Part shown: positions 36,612-46,096 of the stretch, one piece after another
How the letters are laid out: every line of letters begins with the position of its first letter
Position numbering within the stretch: position 1 is the first letter of the stretch
Source: Fidelibacterota bacterium
GTDB taxonomy: Bacteria > Fidelibacterota > UBA8477 > JABMPR01
Assembly (NCBI GenBank): GCA_016784025.1
Contig: JADHVL010000017.1
Location: 4,892 to 68,891 of the forward strand
DNA length: 64,000 bases
Direction of reading: 5' to 3'
Program-made: the position numbers and the translations under genes
The notes under the pieces: model-generated
Told to the model about the DNA's origin: nothing
The model's database searches: none
Seen by the model: the letters and a program-made list of their open reading frames with translations, nothing else

Positions 36612-37765
36612 GCTGAAGCCATCTCAAATAGAATTTCAGTAAATGCTTCAATACGCGTTTTGTCTTGTCCTGAGATGTGGCTGTCCAGCTCTGTTTCCAG
36701 GGTTAAAACCGGAATATTTTTTTCCCGAAGCGTTTTCACCAGAAGACGATGATCGAATAACTCAGGCTCACAGAATTTTATCATATCAAAGAGCATTCCT
36801 TGAGCTTGACTTGCATCCATTAGTTTACTTAGATGGTGCAAGCGTTCATCCAGATCACCCCCGCGTGTTGAGCAAGGTGGCAAAACGAAGAATCGATCTG
36901 TTAAGTAATCCAGAGGTGAAACAGGGGTATCCATAGGAAACTTGGGGATGCGTCGGCTACCGGCAAGTAAATCATCTGCAACGATGCCAACCCCCAATTC
37001 ATCGAGAAACCTCAGTATCTCTGAAGTGGGTGGCAGGATGCCCGACACCATCAAGCGGGCTCTTGGAGATTCGGAGGGCTGATCCAAAATATCTACCTGC
37101 TCAAGCAAGCTCAAATAGTCAGAGGGGAGCAGGTACTCCTGAGCTCGCATGAGTTTGAAATAATCTAGATTATTCATGGCGAGGTGATCTGTCATGCGGG
37201 CTTGTTGGATTGCCAATAAATATGAATCGATTTTGTGACTCAACACGCAGGCAGCCAGGAGTTTCTCTGGATTTAGGGGTCCATAAATTGTTTCCAGGGT
37301 CAATTGGTAATTTTGGAGAATATCCCGGTAATATTTTGTGGTCATTTTGTTGAAACTACCCTTGGGATTGTAAAAGGTGTAAACAGGGAGGGACACACCA
37401 ATGAGATCCTTGACTTGAGTCCCCAGATTTTGCAGAGAATCACAGGTATGTGGGAAGAGATATCCTGCATTGATGATATCAGGTTCCTTGAGGATGAACT
37501 CCAGGCTTTTTTTTACAATGGGGCAAATGGTAGTCTGTAGATGTGCATTGGCGTGGAGTATTTCTCCAGGTGGATCCCAGATTTCAGTGGCATGGATATC
37601 AAAGGCCCAGAGCAGCTCTCGGGGATAGAGCGCAGGCAGGACACCCATGATTTTTTGCCCGGATTGAGCAAGGGTTTTGAGATATTCTGATCGGTCTGGT
37701 ATAGAGATGTTCATATTCTTGGTTATTTCATTGAAGGTGGTCTCATGCTTCGAGAACCTCAGCAT
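36608..37765 (-). CDS. 2-hydroxyacyl-CoA dehydratase family (HGD-D) subunit
   Basis: 385 aa with FPHTCDSLQNLG and IKFCEPELFD motifs of the HGD-D family. 4-nt overlap with the partner subunit. Confidence 0.85.
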   Translation of the reverse strand: MLRFSKHETTFNEITKNMNISIPDRSEYLKTLAQSGQKIMGVLPALYPRELLWAFDIHATEIWDPPGEILHANAHLQTTICPIVKKSLEFILKEPDIINAGYLFPHTCDSLQNLGTQVKDLIGVSLPVYTFYNPKGSFNKMTTKYYRDILQNYQLTLETIYGPLNPEKLLAACVLSHKIDSYLLAIQQARMTDHLAMNNLDYFKLMRAQEYLLPSDYLSLLEQVDILDQPSESPRARLMVSGILPPTSEILRFLDELGVGIVADDLLAGSRRIPKFPMDTPVSPLDYLTDRFFVLPPCSTRGGDLDERLHHLSKLMDASQAQGMLFDMIKFCEPELFDHRLLVKTLREKNIPVLTLETELDSHISGQDKTRIEAFTEILFEMASA

Positions 37766-37829
37766 GACGCAGGGTAAAAAGTTCGTCTCCCTGAGGCTCT
37801 CGAAGGGTTAATAGACCAATAGTCACCGA

Positions 37830-39215
37830 CTATTTCCTGAATTTGCGGACAAAACCTTCCACCTCAGGAACGCCACCTTGATAAACAAGGTAACCATTGT
37901 AGGGCTCTCTTTCAGTAATATCATCGTTAATAGGTGTGAGCATGATTTCTTTGATCTTTTTAGGATCGTCTGTCTGCCCCAGAGTCCAGCCCAATTTAAC
38001 CCAGGCAACTTCAGGGAGCATATTGCCAAGGGGAGTAACACCCAGAGCCATCATGTCCCGACCTGTATCATAAACGAACATGTGGGCATACCCCCAGATA
38101 GTCTGAAGGGTCATAAAGACAGAGACGCCCTTGTCTCTTGCCCTTTCAAGTGCAGGATACAATTCCCTGTTCACATGTCCAAGACCAGTTCCCACAATTA
38201 CAATTCCTTTGTACCCTGCATCTACCAGGGAATCTACAATGTCAGCCTGCATGTGAGGGTAGTAGTAGAGCATGGTAACCTTCTCATTGAACGTGGGAAC
38301 AATTTTTACAGTCTTGTCCTTCCGACGATGTTTGTATTCTGTTTTGATGATTTTGAGACCTTTACGAGTCACTGTCGCTGCAGGAGTATCACCAATAGTG
38401 CGAAAAGTAGATCGGTAGGAACTATGCATTTTCCGGACACGGGTGCCGCGATGCAGGAAGCCATATTCATCAGAGGTAGGACCAAACATACACACCAACG
38501 TTTCTGCAATATCACCATGCCCGGCAGCATAAGAGGCGTGGATCAAATTCAGGGCCGCATCTGAAGATGGCCTATCGGAGGAGCGTTGTGATCCCACAAG
38601 AATGATGGGGATGGGTGAATCCTGAACCATATAGGAAAGGGCTGCAGCCGTATGATGGAGGGTGTCTGTCCCATGACCGATCACAATACCATCTGTGCCG
38701 TTGGCGATTTCTTTGCCAATGCTTTCTGCCAGGATTTTGTACTGATCTGGCCCCATGTTTTCACTAAAAACCGCGAATAGTTTTTCAGTATCGATGTTGC
38801 AAATATCAGCCAATTCAGGGACAGCACCATACAACTCACCTGGAGAAAAAGCGGGGATGACGGCACCAGTCCGATAATCCAGACGGGAAGCAATAGTTCC
38901 ACCGGTTCCAAATAATTTCACATTGGGTTTATCATCTGAATAGGGGAAGGCTTTTTCGGGAATTTTGTAATTGGCTTTTTGATAGCCCGTTTCAACCATT
39001 ATTTTAATGGTCACAATATCGATTCCAATATTGTAGCCGGTTTGAATTTTCAATACGATATGCTGATCATCATCATTTTCTGAACGAGGGAGAACCGTGC
39101 CATCAAAGGTGCCCCTGGTGGTGTGGATTTCAGCTTGACCCCAGACTCTCACACTGAATTTCTTTAGTGTGGCGAGAGCATCCCCTTTATATCCTTGAAA
39201 AATGTCATCACTCAT
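37830..39215 (-). CDS. gatD: Glu-tRNA(Gln) amidotransferase subunit D (archaeal-type GatD)
   Basis: 461 aa. A GatD-type N-terminal domain is followed by an asparaginase-like domain with GTGGTIASR and GHGTDTLHHTA catalytic motifs. Confidence 0.85.
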   Translation of the reverse strand: MSDDIFQGYKGDALATLKKFSVRVWGQAEIHTTRGTFDGTVLPRSENDDDQHIVLKIQTGYNIGIDIVTIKIMVETGYQKANYKIPEKAFPYSDDKPNVKLFGTGGTIASRLDYRTGAVIPAFSPGELYGAVPELADICNIDTEKLFAVFSENMGPDQYKILAESIGKEIANGTDGIVIGHGTDTLHHTAAALSYMVQDSPIPIILVGSQRSSDRPSSDAALNLIHASYAAGHGDIAETLVCMFGPTSDEYGFLHRGTRVRKMHSSYRSTFRTIGDTPAATVTRKGLKIIKTEYKHRRKDKTVKIVPTFNEKVTMLYYYPHMQADIVDSLVDAGYKGIVIVGTGLGHVNRELYPALERARDKGVSVFMTLQTIWGYAHMFVYDTGRDMMALGVTPLGNMLPEVAWVKLGWTLGQTDDPKKIKEIMLTPINDDITEREPYNGYLVYQGGVPEVEGFVRKFRK

Positions 39216-41211
39216 GGGATTGATTCTCTTTTTTTAATTTCTGATCAATTTCAGCGTGCAACTCTGACAATGCCACATTTCCAATGGCCTGATGATGTAT
39301 CTGACCCATGAGCCAATTGATGTCATTACCCGTTTCAGGTTTTGGAGTATTTTCTTGATATTTTTCGTATAGAAATTCTATGGGAGCAGCAATTTCAGCC
39401 ATATCGCGTTTCCTGAAATGGATACTGGTGAGAACAGAGCTGAACTGCATGTCAGGAAATTCATATATCACTGGCATCATATATTTGGCAATGCCTGGTT
39501 CCAGCTTCTTCTCCTTGATATAACGGAAAAGCTCATAGATTTTTTCATAGAAGAAGTTTTTATGTAATTTACACTTGCCCTCAATGTTTTTGAAGGTATG
39601 CCCCAGAAAAGAACCAATAGTCTTATGAGTGAAGCCATGATCGCTACAAATATTTTCAATCAGGGGGATCATGTTTTTGCTCAGGAGATACTTCCAGGTG
39701 TCCTCAGGAATGCCCCACTTTTTCATCTGTGCATAACGATCAGCAATATCTGGAGGTAATTGTTTCCCAAGGCTATCGATGAACTCAACGGTCAAAGGGA
39801 TGGGCGCAGAATCTGTGTCGGGATACATGCGATCACTTCCTGGAAGCACCCTTTCAAAAATAGTGGTGCCATCTGGAAAAGATTTCCGCGTTTCTTCAGG
39901 AACACCGTCAAAAGCCATTCGGATTCGTTCTTCCACGGTTTCCATAGCGGTTGGGATGTCCTCTGCTGGTCCCCAGAGAATGATCTGAGCGTCGTTTTTC
40001 TTAGCTCCCAGCGACTTAGATATTTTGCCCAACTCCTCATCACTCAAGAGGGGATCAAAAGTTTCAGAATGGGTCATGTTGGGTCGTTCAATACAGGCAA
40101 TTACCTTCAGGCGATGACTTATCTCATGGGCAAAACTGTGCCCGGGTTGCATGAAGTGAGAAAGGATTCCCTTTAATTTCGGAAGATTAATTGATATGAC
40201 TTTCATCCTCTGATTCAGCTTTTCTCTGAGGGGAGTTGCCAGTAGCTCTGGCATGGATAAATCGATTTCCTTGTGACTCATTTTCCATGTGCCGGGCTGG
40301 ATACCACGTTCATGAATGAGCTTTTTAATGTGCAGCAGCGCCCATTGACGAAATGCTTCATTATGGGAGAGTTCAGGGATCCATTTGTTATGGGCGACAC
40401 CTTTTATCTCAACTCGGCTTCCACCTGCACAACTCACATTGACATCTTCGCGACCAGCACCCATACCCGTACGTACTTTACCAGTACTGCGATTCAAAAA
40501 TCGTATGTATTCTGCAGCTTCTGCCAGTTCATCAGGTGTGGTCATGTCAGGGTGGGTTACTGTTTCGATGAGAGGCATGCCGAGTCGATCGGTTTTGTAA
40601 ATTCGCTCATGGCCAATATCAGATATTTCACGACAGGAATCTTCCTCAATACTGAGTTGAATCAGACGCACTTTCTTATTTTTTAATTGAAGCTCACCCT
40701 CGACGCCAAGAATGGCTGTTCTTTGGAAACCTGTTGGAATACTGCCATCCAGGTATTGTTTACGGGTGATGTGGACTTCACCCACGATATTAAGCTTGGA
40801 GAGCAGTGAAATTTCAATAGCGATCTCCAATGCTTCCGGATCAATGTGAAAAGGGGGTGTGTCATCGACTTCATAGGTGCAAGCGTTCTGATTATTGAGT
40901 CGATAGGTAATGTTTTTGCGCGTCTTAAATTCCATGAGGGCAGTACCATCATACTCACCCAGTTCACTCAATGTGGGGCGCATATGACGGATAACTTCTG
41001 CGTCAAAATCATCATCAGAATGATAGATACCAGCAGGACAGCGACAAAATAGTTTACTCCTGGTTTTGAGCTGCTGATGGACTTCCAGACCTGACTTAAA
41101 ACCAATGCGCTTATAGTCACTTGGTTTGGCTTTTTGGCGCTCCACATACCCAATGGCTTTGCGGGTCGCCATGAAATTTTTTAATGCTTCAGCTTGTTTC
41201 ATCTTCACCAA
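39208..41211 (-). CDS. gatE: Glu-tRNA(Gln) amidotransferase subunit E (archaeal-type GatE)
   Basis: 667 aa. GFKSGLEVHQQL..SKLFCRCP, LDGSIPTGFQRTA, DRLGMPLIETVTHPD, MYPDTDSAPIP and a YqeY-like tail (NWLMGQI) are collinear with GatE. 8-nt overlap with gatD. Start uncertain: TTG 41211, GTG 41208 or ATG 41202. Confidence 0.85.
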   Translation of the reverse strand: MVKMKQAEALKNFMATRKAIGYVERQKAKPSDYKRIGFKSGLEVHQQLKTRSKLFCRCPAGIYHSDDDFDAEVIRHMRPTLSELGEYDGTALMEFKTRKNITYRLNNQNACTYEVDDTPPFHIDPEALEIAIEISLLSKLNIVGEVHITRKQYLDGSIPTGFQRTAILGVEGELQLKNKKVRLIQLSIEEDSCREISDIGHERIYKTDRLGMPLIETVTHPDMTTPDELAEAAEYIRFLNRSTGKVRTGMGAGREDVNVSCAGGSRVEIKGVAHNKWIPELSHNEAFRQWALLHIKKLIHERGIQPGTWKMSHKEIDLSMPELLATPLREKLNQRMKVISINLPKLKGILSHFMQPGHSFAHEISHRLKVIACIERPNMTHSETFDPLLSDEELGKISKSLGAKKNDAQIILWGPAEDIPTAMETVEERIRMAFDGVPEETRKSFPDGTTIFERVLPGSDRMYPDTDSAPIPLTVEFIDSLGKQLPPDIADRYAQMKKWGIPEDTWKYLLSKNMIPLIENICSDHGFTHKTIGSFLGHTFKNIEGKCKLHKNFFYEKIYELFRYIKEKKLEPGIAKYMMPVIYEFPDMQFSSVLTSIHFRKRDMAEIAAPIEFLYEKYQENTPKPETGNDINWLMGQIHHQAIGNVALSELHAEIDQKLKKENQSHE

Positions 41212-41436
41212 TTATTTTATTACAGAACTCAACAAGGAGTGTTAAAAATGTTGTATCAATCAAAGCATGGATATAGCCAGTTGGTCACTTTTAAGCGTTG
41301 AAACAAGTTAAGGTATCAAAGACCAAGTGCAATTTGAGTTATGGCCTTTGAGATTAAGCGATGCATCCCATTCTGCGGGGTCTAACTTATTTGGCGATAG
41401 CTGTGACACTAAATCTACAATAATTGAGAAAATCTA

Positions 41437-44400
41437 ATGACCGATCTAGAAAAAACTGAATCGACATCAGGCTATACCACCCGATTTATTAGCCTCATGA
41501 TACTAGTGCTTTTCCTGTGCTCGGGAATGACTGGTTTGTTGTATGAGGTGATTTGGTCCAGGATGATTGTCAAGGTGATTGGAGCCGCTCCATTTGCCAT
41601 TAGCATTGTGCTCACCGTATTCATGGGGGGCCTGGGACTAGGGAGCTATCTGGCAGGAAAATATATTGATCAGATAAAAAAATCCTCGCAACTACTTCAA
41701 CTTTACGGTCTCATGGAAATTGGGATTGGTATATACGCTTTTATGCTAAAAGGAGTGATAGCAGCGAGTCAGCCAATATTTAGCTCTATCTACAACCAGT
41801 CATCAGAGCATCTATTGATTTTCAATGCTGTCATTCTACTGGGAGCATTTGTTCTATTCATCGTCCCCGTGACACTTATGGGCGCCACCTTGCCAATTCT
41901 AATTCGATTTTATGTGGCCAATTTAGGTCACCTCGGAGCCCGGGTTGGTCGACTATATGCCATCAATACAATTGGCGCTGCTGTTGGCTCAATTCTAAGT
42001 GGATTTTTATTGATAAAATTGTGGGGTGTTGATGGTACTCTTCGATTTGCAGTTGTCATAAATTTTCTAATCGGTGGCATCTCATTTGTCCTGGCCAATT
42101 GGGTAGCCAAGCGTTCTGCTCTGGATGAGCAAAATGCCGACAGACATAATGTTGAAGTATCACAACCTGCAGTTGGTATTCAGTATTCCCGTCCTCACCA
42201 GCTGGCCGTACTGGCTATATTTGCTGTTTCTGGATATGCCGCCATGGCCTATGAGGTGATCTGGACAAGATTGTTGGGTCTCATCATTGGACCGACGACG
42301 TATTCCTTCACCATTGTGCTGACTACCTTTATTGTAGGTCTAGCCCTGGGAGCCATGTTCTTTGGATGGCTGGCGGACCGAAGCAAACATCCTTTCCGAC
42401 TCCTGCTTATCACCCAGATGAGTGCAGCTATTCTGGCCCTTGCAGTAAGTCAGTTTTTGGGTAATAGTCAATTTTTCTTCGCCAAGCTGATCTTCAGTTT
42501 CAGAGATGATTTTGTCATGCTCTCCATAGCCAAGGCGACGCTATTATTCTTTTTGCTACTGGGTCCAACCCTTGCGCTGGGAGCCACATTTCCCCTGGTA
42601 GGTAAGATCTACACCAGTTCCATTCGGAAACTGGGCAAGTCCATTGGATTTGCATATGCTATCAATACCATTGGTGCATTACTGGGGGCCTTCTCGGCTG
42701 GTTTTGTTCTGATTCCCCTGTTCGGCAAGGAAAACAGCCTGAGCCTGGTCATCGGTATTCAATTGCTTACCGTCCTGGCTATCGTTGGTCTTCTCTATCC
42801 CAAGGGCGAAAACTCCCGAATCAGACTCATTCTTTTAATTTCTGGAATCCTTGGTCTGCTCCTCACTTTTGCATTCCCCCATTGGGATAGAGAACAATTA
42901 GCGACAGGGAAATATTATAGATTTAGCAGCTATGCTGATATCATAAAAAACACTAGCTGGTGGGATGCCCTGGTGAAGATGCCCAGGGATTTCATGCCCA
43001 ATATCAGTGGCACAGAGGTGGTCTTTTATGGGGATGGCATAGGTGGTTTTACAACAGTGGAGCAGGATATTGACCCACTTGGAAAGCCACAATATGTTCT
43101 ATATAATAGCGGTAAGGCCGACGCGTCTTCAGAATCGGATATGGCTACTCAAACCATGCTGGCTCATCTGCCACTATTGTTTCACCCTCAACCCAAAAAT
43201 GTAATGATTCTAGGCTTGGCCAGTGGGGTTACGGCAGGAGAAGCAATTTATTATGATTTAGATCGGCTGGATATTCTAGAAATTAGTGAACAGGTCGTAG
43301 AAGCCAGTGATTTTTTTAGCGAAACGAATAGTGATGTACTTTCACATCCCGCCACAAATTTGATAATCCAGGATGGTAGAGCCCATCTGGAATTGACGGA
43401 GCAAGTATATGATGTCATTACTTCAGAGCCATCCAATCCGTGGATGGCTGGACTGGCGAACTTATTTACTGAAGAGTTCTTCAGGCTAACCAAAAACAGA
43501 CTGAGCTGGGATGGTGTATTTATTCAGTGGTTGCCATCCTACCAGATGGATTGGACCACATTCTCAATGATAGGAAGAACTTTCACCAAGGTTTTTCCCA
43601 ATAGCTTATTGATGAAGTCATTTCTTGGTGGAAATGATTACTTATTGGTGGGCTTTAATGGCCTGAAACAACTTGACCTTAAAAATGGGCTTAAAAATTT
43701 GCCCAAGCTTCAAAAATCTCCCAATCTCATTGTAGAAGATCCCAGGATATTGTACCGACTCATTGTAAGTGATAATCTACCTGCTTTGTTTGGTTCAGGA
43801 CCAGGACACACTGATGATCACCCCATTCTTGAATTTATGGCACCACAACGAATGCATTTGGTAGATAAAACCGTGGAGAAAACTCTGGCGGAAAGACGAA
43901 CCCTCAGTGATGAGATTATTGAAGTCATGCGGGAAGTCCTTGATGTAGATGGACAGCTCAAATTTGCCAGGTTTATGCTTTCTGTTTATTCCCCCTTTCC
44001 AGATATGGTTGATTTATCCGCCGCAACAGAGGAGCAAAAAGTTGAGTATATCGAGATGTTAATGGAATATGGTAAAAATAACGCGGTTCAGGATTACGAC
44101 ATGTTTGAAAGCACGGGTTTGAGAGATACTGTGATTCAAACACAAATAGCTCAACTTACTCAAAAATTACCAAGTCTCCCGAATCGACTTGCTTCCTTTT
44201 TCATCCTGGCCAATGCTCACGCTGAGTTGGGAGATTTCGATGAGGCTATCAAATATTGTCGGCAAATCATTGAAATGGGCAGTGATCCCATTGAGGCAAA
44301 TCTCAATTTAGGTTTGTTTTGTATGAATGCTGGACGGAATGAAGAAGCAATCGCTGCCTACAATACCGTCTTGGAGCTGGATCCTGAACACAGTCATGCT

Positions 44401-45159
44401 CACAATAATCTGGGGACACTTTTCGAGCAGGCTGGGGAGACAAAAAATGCGAAAACTTCCTATGAACAAGCTGTTCTCATTGATCCAGATCTGGCAATAG
44501 CCCATTTCAATCTGGGTCGCTTACATATGAGCTCAGGGGCTGTGGATTCAGCAATGCTTGCCTATGCTATCGTGCTGAAATTGGACCCTGAATACATTCC
44601 TGCTTATTATCGGATCAGCCAAATCTATCAACTTTCAGGAGATTATGAAAAGGCCATTGCCATCATGGAAGCCCTTCTCAAAATTCGTCCTGATTTAAAA
44701 GAAGCCCAGGTTGAAATAAAAAATCTCACCGTGCGAATGGAACAGAAACAGGAACCACCGAAGGTATCCGTTCAGATGCCCCCTCGTACAGCAAAATCAG
44801 ACAAAAGTACGGATCCCAGATATTTTTATAACCAGGCTGTCATGTTGATTCAGAAGCAAAAATATAGAGAAGCGATGGTTGATTTTGAACGGGCACTTTC
44901 TTTAAAACCAGACTACCTGAACGCTATCATTGGACTTGGAGCCATGTATCAGAACCTGAGTGAGTATGATGCTGCAATCAGCCAGTATAAGCGAGCCCTG
45001 GTTATTGATCCAAATCATAGCGGGACCCACAATAACATAGCCATCAATTATTATACGGTGCGAAAATATAAATTGGCCATTGAACATGCCGATAGGGCCA
45101 AAGCATTGGGTTTTAATGTTCAACAGGCCTTTTTGGATGAATTATCAAAGTATCGATAG
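41437..45159 (+). CDS. Fused polytopic membrane / spermidine-synthase-like / TPR-repeat protein
   Basis: 1240 aa: about 14 N-terminal TM helices, an aminopropyl/methyltransferase-like core (ILGLASGVTAGEA, DVITSEPSNPW), then multiple TPR repeats (...AYNTVLELDPEHSHAHNNLG...). Confidence 0.8.
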   Translation: MTDLEKTESTSGYTTRFISLMILVLFLCSGMTGLLYEVIWSRMIVKVIGAAPFAISIVLTVFMGGLGLGSYLAGKYIDQIKKSSQLLQLYGLMEIGIGIYAFMLKGVIAASQPIFSSIYNQSSEHLLIFNAVILLGAFVLFIVPVTLMGATLPILIRFYVANLGHLGARVGRLYAINTIGAAVGSILSGFLLIKLWGVDGTLRFAVVINFLIGGISFVLANWVAKRSALDEQNADRHNVEVSQPAVGIQYSRPHQLAVLAIFAVSGYAAMAYEVIWTRLLGLIIGPTTYSFTIVLTTFIVGLALGAMFFGWLADRSKHPFRLLLITQMSAAILALAVSQFLGNSQFFFAKLIFSFRDDFVMLSIAKATLLFFLLLGPTLALGATFPLVGKIYTSSIRKLGKSIGFAYAINTIGALLGAFSAGFVLIPLFGKENSLSLVIGIQLLTVLAIVGLLYPKGENSRIRLILLISGILGLLLTFAFPHWDREQLATGKYYRFSSYADIIKNTSWWDALVKMPRDFMPNISGTEVVFYGDGIGGFTTVEQDIDPLGKPQYVLYNSGKADASSESDMATQTMLAHLPLLFHPQPKNVMILGLASGVTAGEAIYYDLDRLDILEISEQVVEASDFFSETNSDVLSHPATNLIIQDGRAHLELTEQVYDVITSEPSNPWMAGLANLFTEEFFRLTKNRLSWDGVFIQWLPSYQMDWTTFSMIGRTFTKVFPNSLLMKSFLGGNDYLLVGFNGLKQLDLKNGLKNLPKLQKSPNLIVEDPRILYRLIVSDNLPALFGSGPGHTDDHPILEFMAPQRMHLVDKTVEKTLAERRTLSDEIIEVMREVLDVDGQLKFARFMLSVYSPFPDMVDLSAATEEQKVEYIEMLMEYGKNNAVQDYDMFESTGLRDTVIQTQIAQLTQKLPSLPNRLASFFILANAHAELGDFDEAIKYCRQIIEMGSDPIEANLNLGLFCMNAGRNEEAIAAYNTVLELDPEHSHAHNNLGTLFEQAGETKNAKTSYEQAVLIDPDLAIAHFNLGRLHMSSGAVDSAMLAYAIVLKLDPEYIPAYYRISQIYQLSGDYEKAIAIMEALLKIRPDLKEAQVEIKNLTVRMEQKQEPPKVSVQMPPRTAKSDKSTDPRYFYNQAVMLIQKQKYREAMVDFERALSLKPDYLNAIIGLGAMYQNLSEYDAAISQYKRALVIDPNHSGTHNNIAINYYTVRKYKLAIEHADRAKALGFNVQQAFLDELSKYR

Positions 45160-45460
45160 TTTCGCACGAATTATTGCAAGTGTAATTAGTAATGAACATT
45201 GCTTGTAATCGCGGAATGTGGGAGCGTTCTAGAATGTACATTGAGCTTGCATGTGGGGCGTAGCTCTTCGAGCGTAGACCTATCGAAATGTACACAAGGA
45301 CCATGGAAGACAGCCTTAGGCTTCGATACTTCGACTTCGCTCAGCACAGGCTTGCTCAGCCTCCGGCGTCCTCGATGCTTCCCTTTGATTCCTTGAGGGA
45401 GTATATACTCAGTATTGCCGATATGCTCGGAATGACTTATCATAACGACATCGTTTAGCA

Positions 45461-46096
45461 TCAACCATTGATAAGTTTCTGGGCAATTGACAGAATTTTT
45501 GCCGTTTCAATTCGTTTGCGATGATTGTTATCACTATGGGCGAAGCGAATTGTCCCCTGCTTATCAATGATGTAGACACTGGGAACCGGGATGAGATGGT
45601 GATCCTGGCCTGAAGCAGTTTCAATGTTCTGATTGTTTAACTTATAGGCAGCTACCTTGACACTTCCAAAACGTTCTGCAATACCCAGAGTTTGAGCACC
45701 CACCATAGTGCTGTCTGACAGTAGTGTATATGTCAATTCATTTGTATCGATAGTTTTTGAGAGTTCAGCAGGACGATCAGGACTCACAGCAACAATGCGG
45801 TATCCCAGCTCAATCATTTCACCTTCAATTTCTAACAGTTGACCCAACTGTAAATTGCAGTATGGTCACCAGCCCCCGCGATAGTAAATCAATACGACAG
45901 GATCAGTTTGCAGGTAATCATATAAATCGATTGATTCGTATTCTGTGGAGGTAAGCTGGAAATGGGGGAAGGCATCGCCAACACCAGGTGATTTATTTGA
46001 CATTTCTTCGGCTGGTAGACTCTGAGCGCAGACACATGTCGCCATGAATGTTGTTAGTAGGACGGATAGGATATAAGATCTTGAAATTTTAAACAT
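45461..46096 (-). CDS. Secreted peroxiredoxin-like (AhpC/TSA-redoxin family) thiol-disulfide oxidoreductase, probable selenoprotein (UGA at 45866..45868 read as Sec)
   Basis: Track ORFs 45866..46096 and 45461..45847 share one frame and are joined by TGA plus 18 stop-free nt. The fused protein reads ...VVLIYYRGGW-U-PYCNLQLGQLLEIEG..., placing TGA at the first Cys of the W-C-P-x-C motif. A SECIS-like hairpin follows. Confidence 0.75.
45827..45856 (-). promoter_or_regulatory. Candidate bacterial SECIS element
   Basis: The mRNA AAUUUACAGUUG-GGU-CAACUGU-(UAG)-AAAUU starts 9 nt after the UGA. It has a 7-bp upper stem, a GGU apical loop, a 3-nt 3' bulge and a 5-bp lower stem. Confidence 0.6.

Noticed and set aside
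45160-45460. Overlapping 63-92-aa ORFs on both strands in the 300-nt convergent spacer could be small genes.
   Set aside because: The translations look like repeat-derived pseudo-ORFs (RRRLSKPVLSEVEVSKPK), with no RBS or start context. The region is better explained as non-coding repeat or structured DNA.
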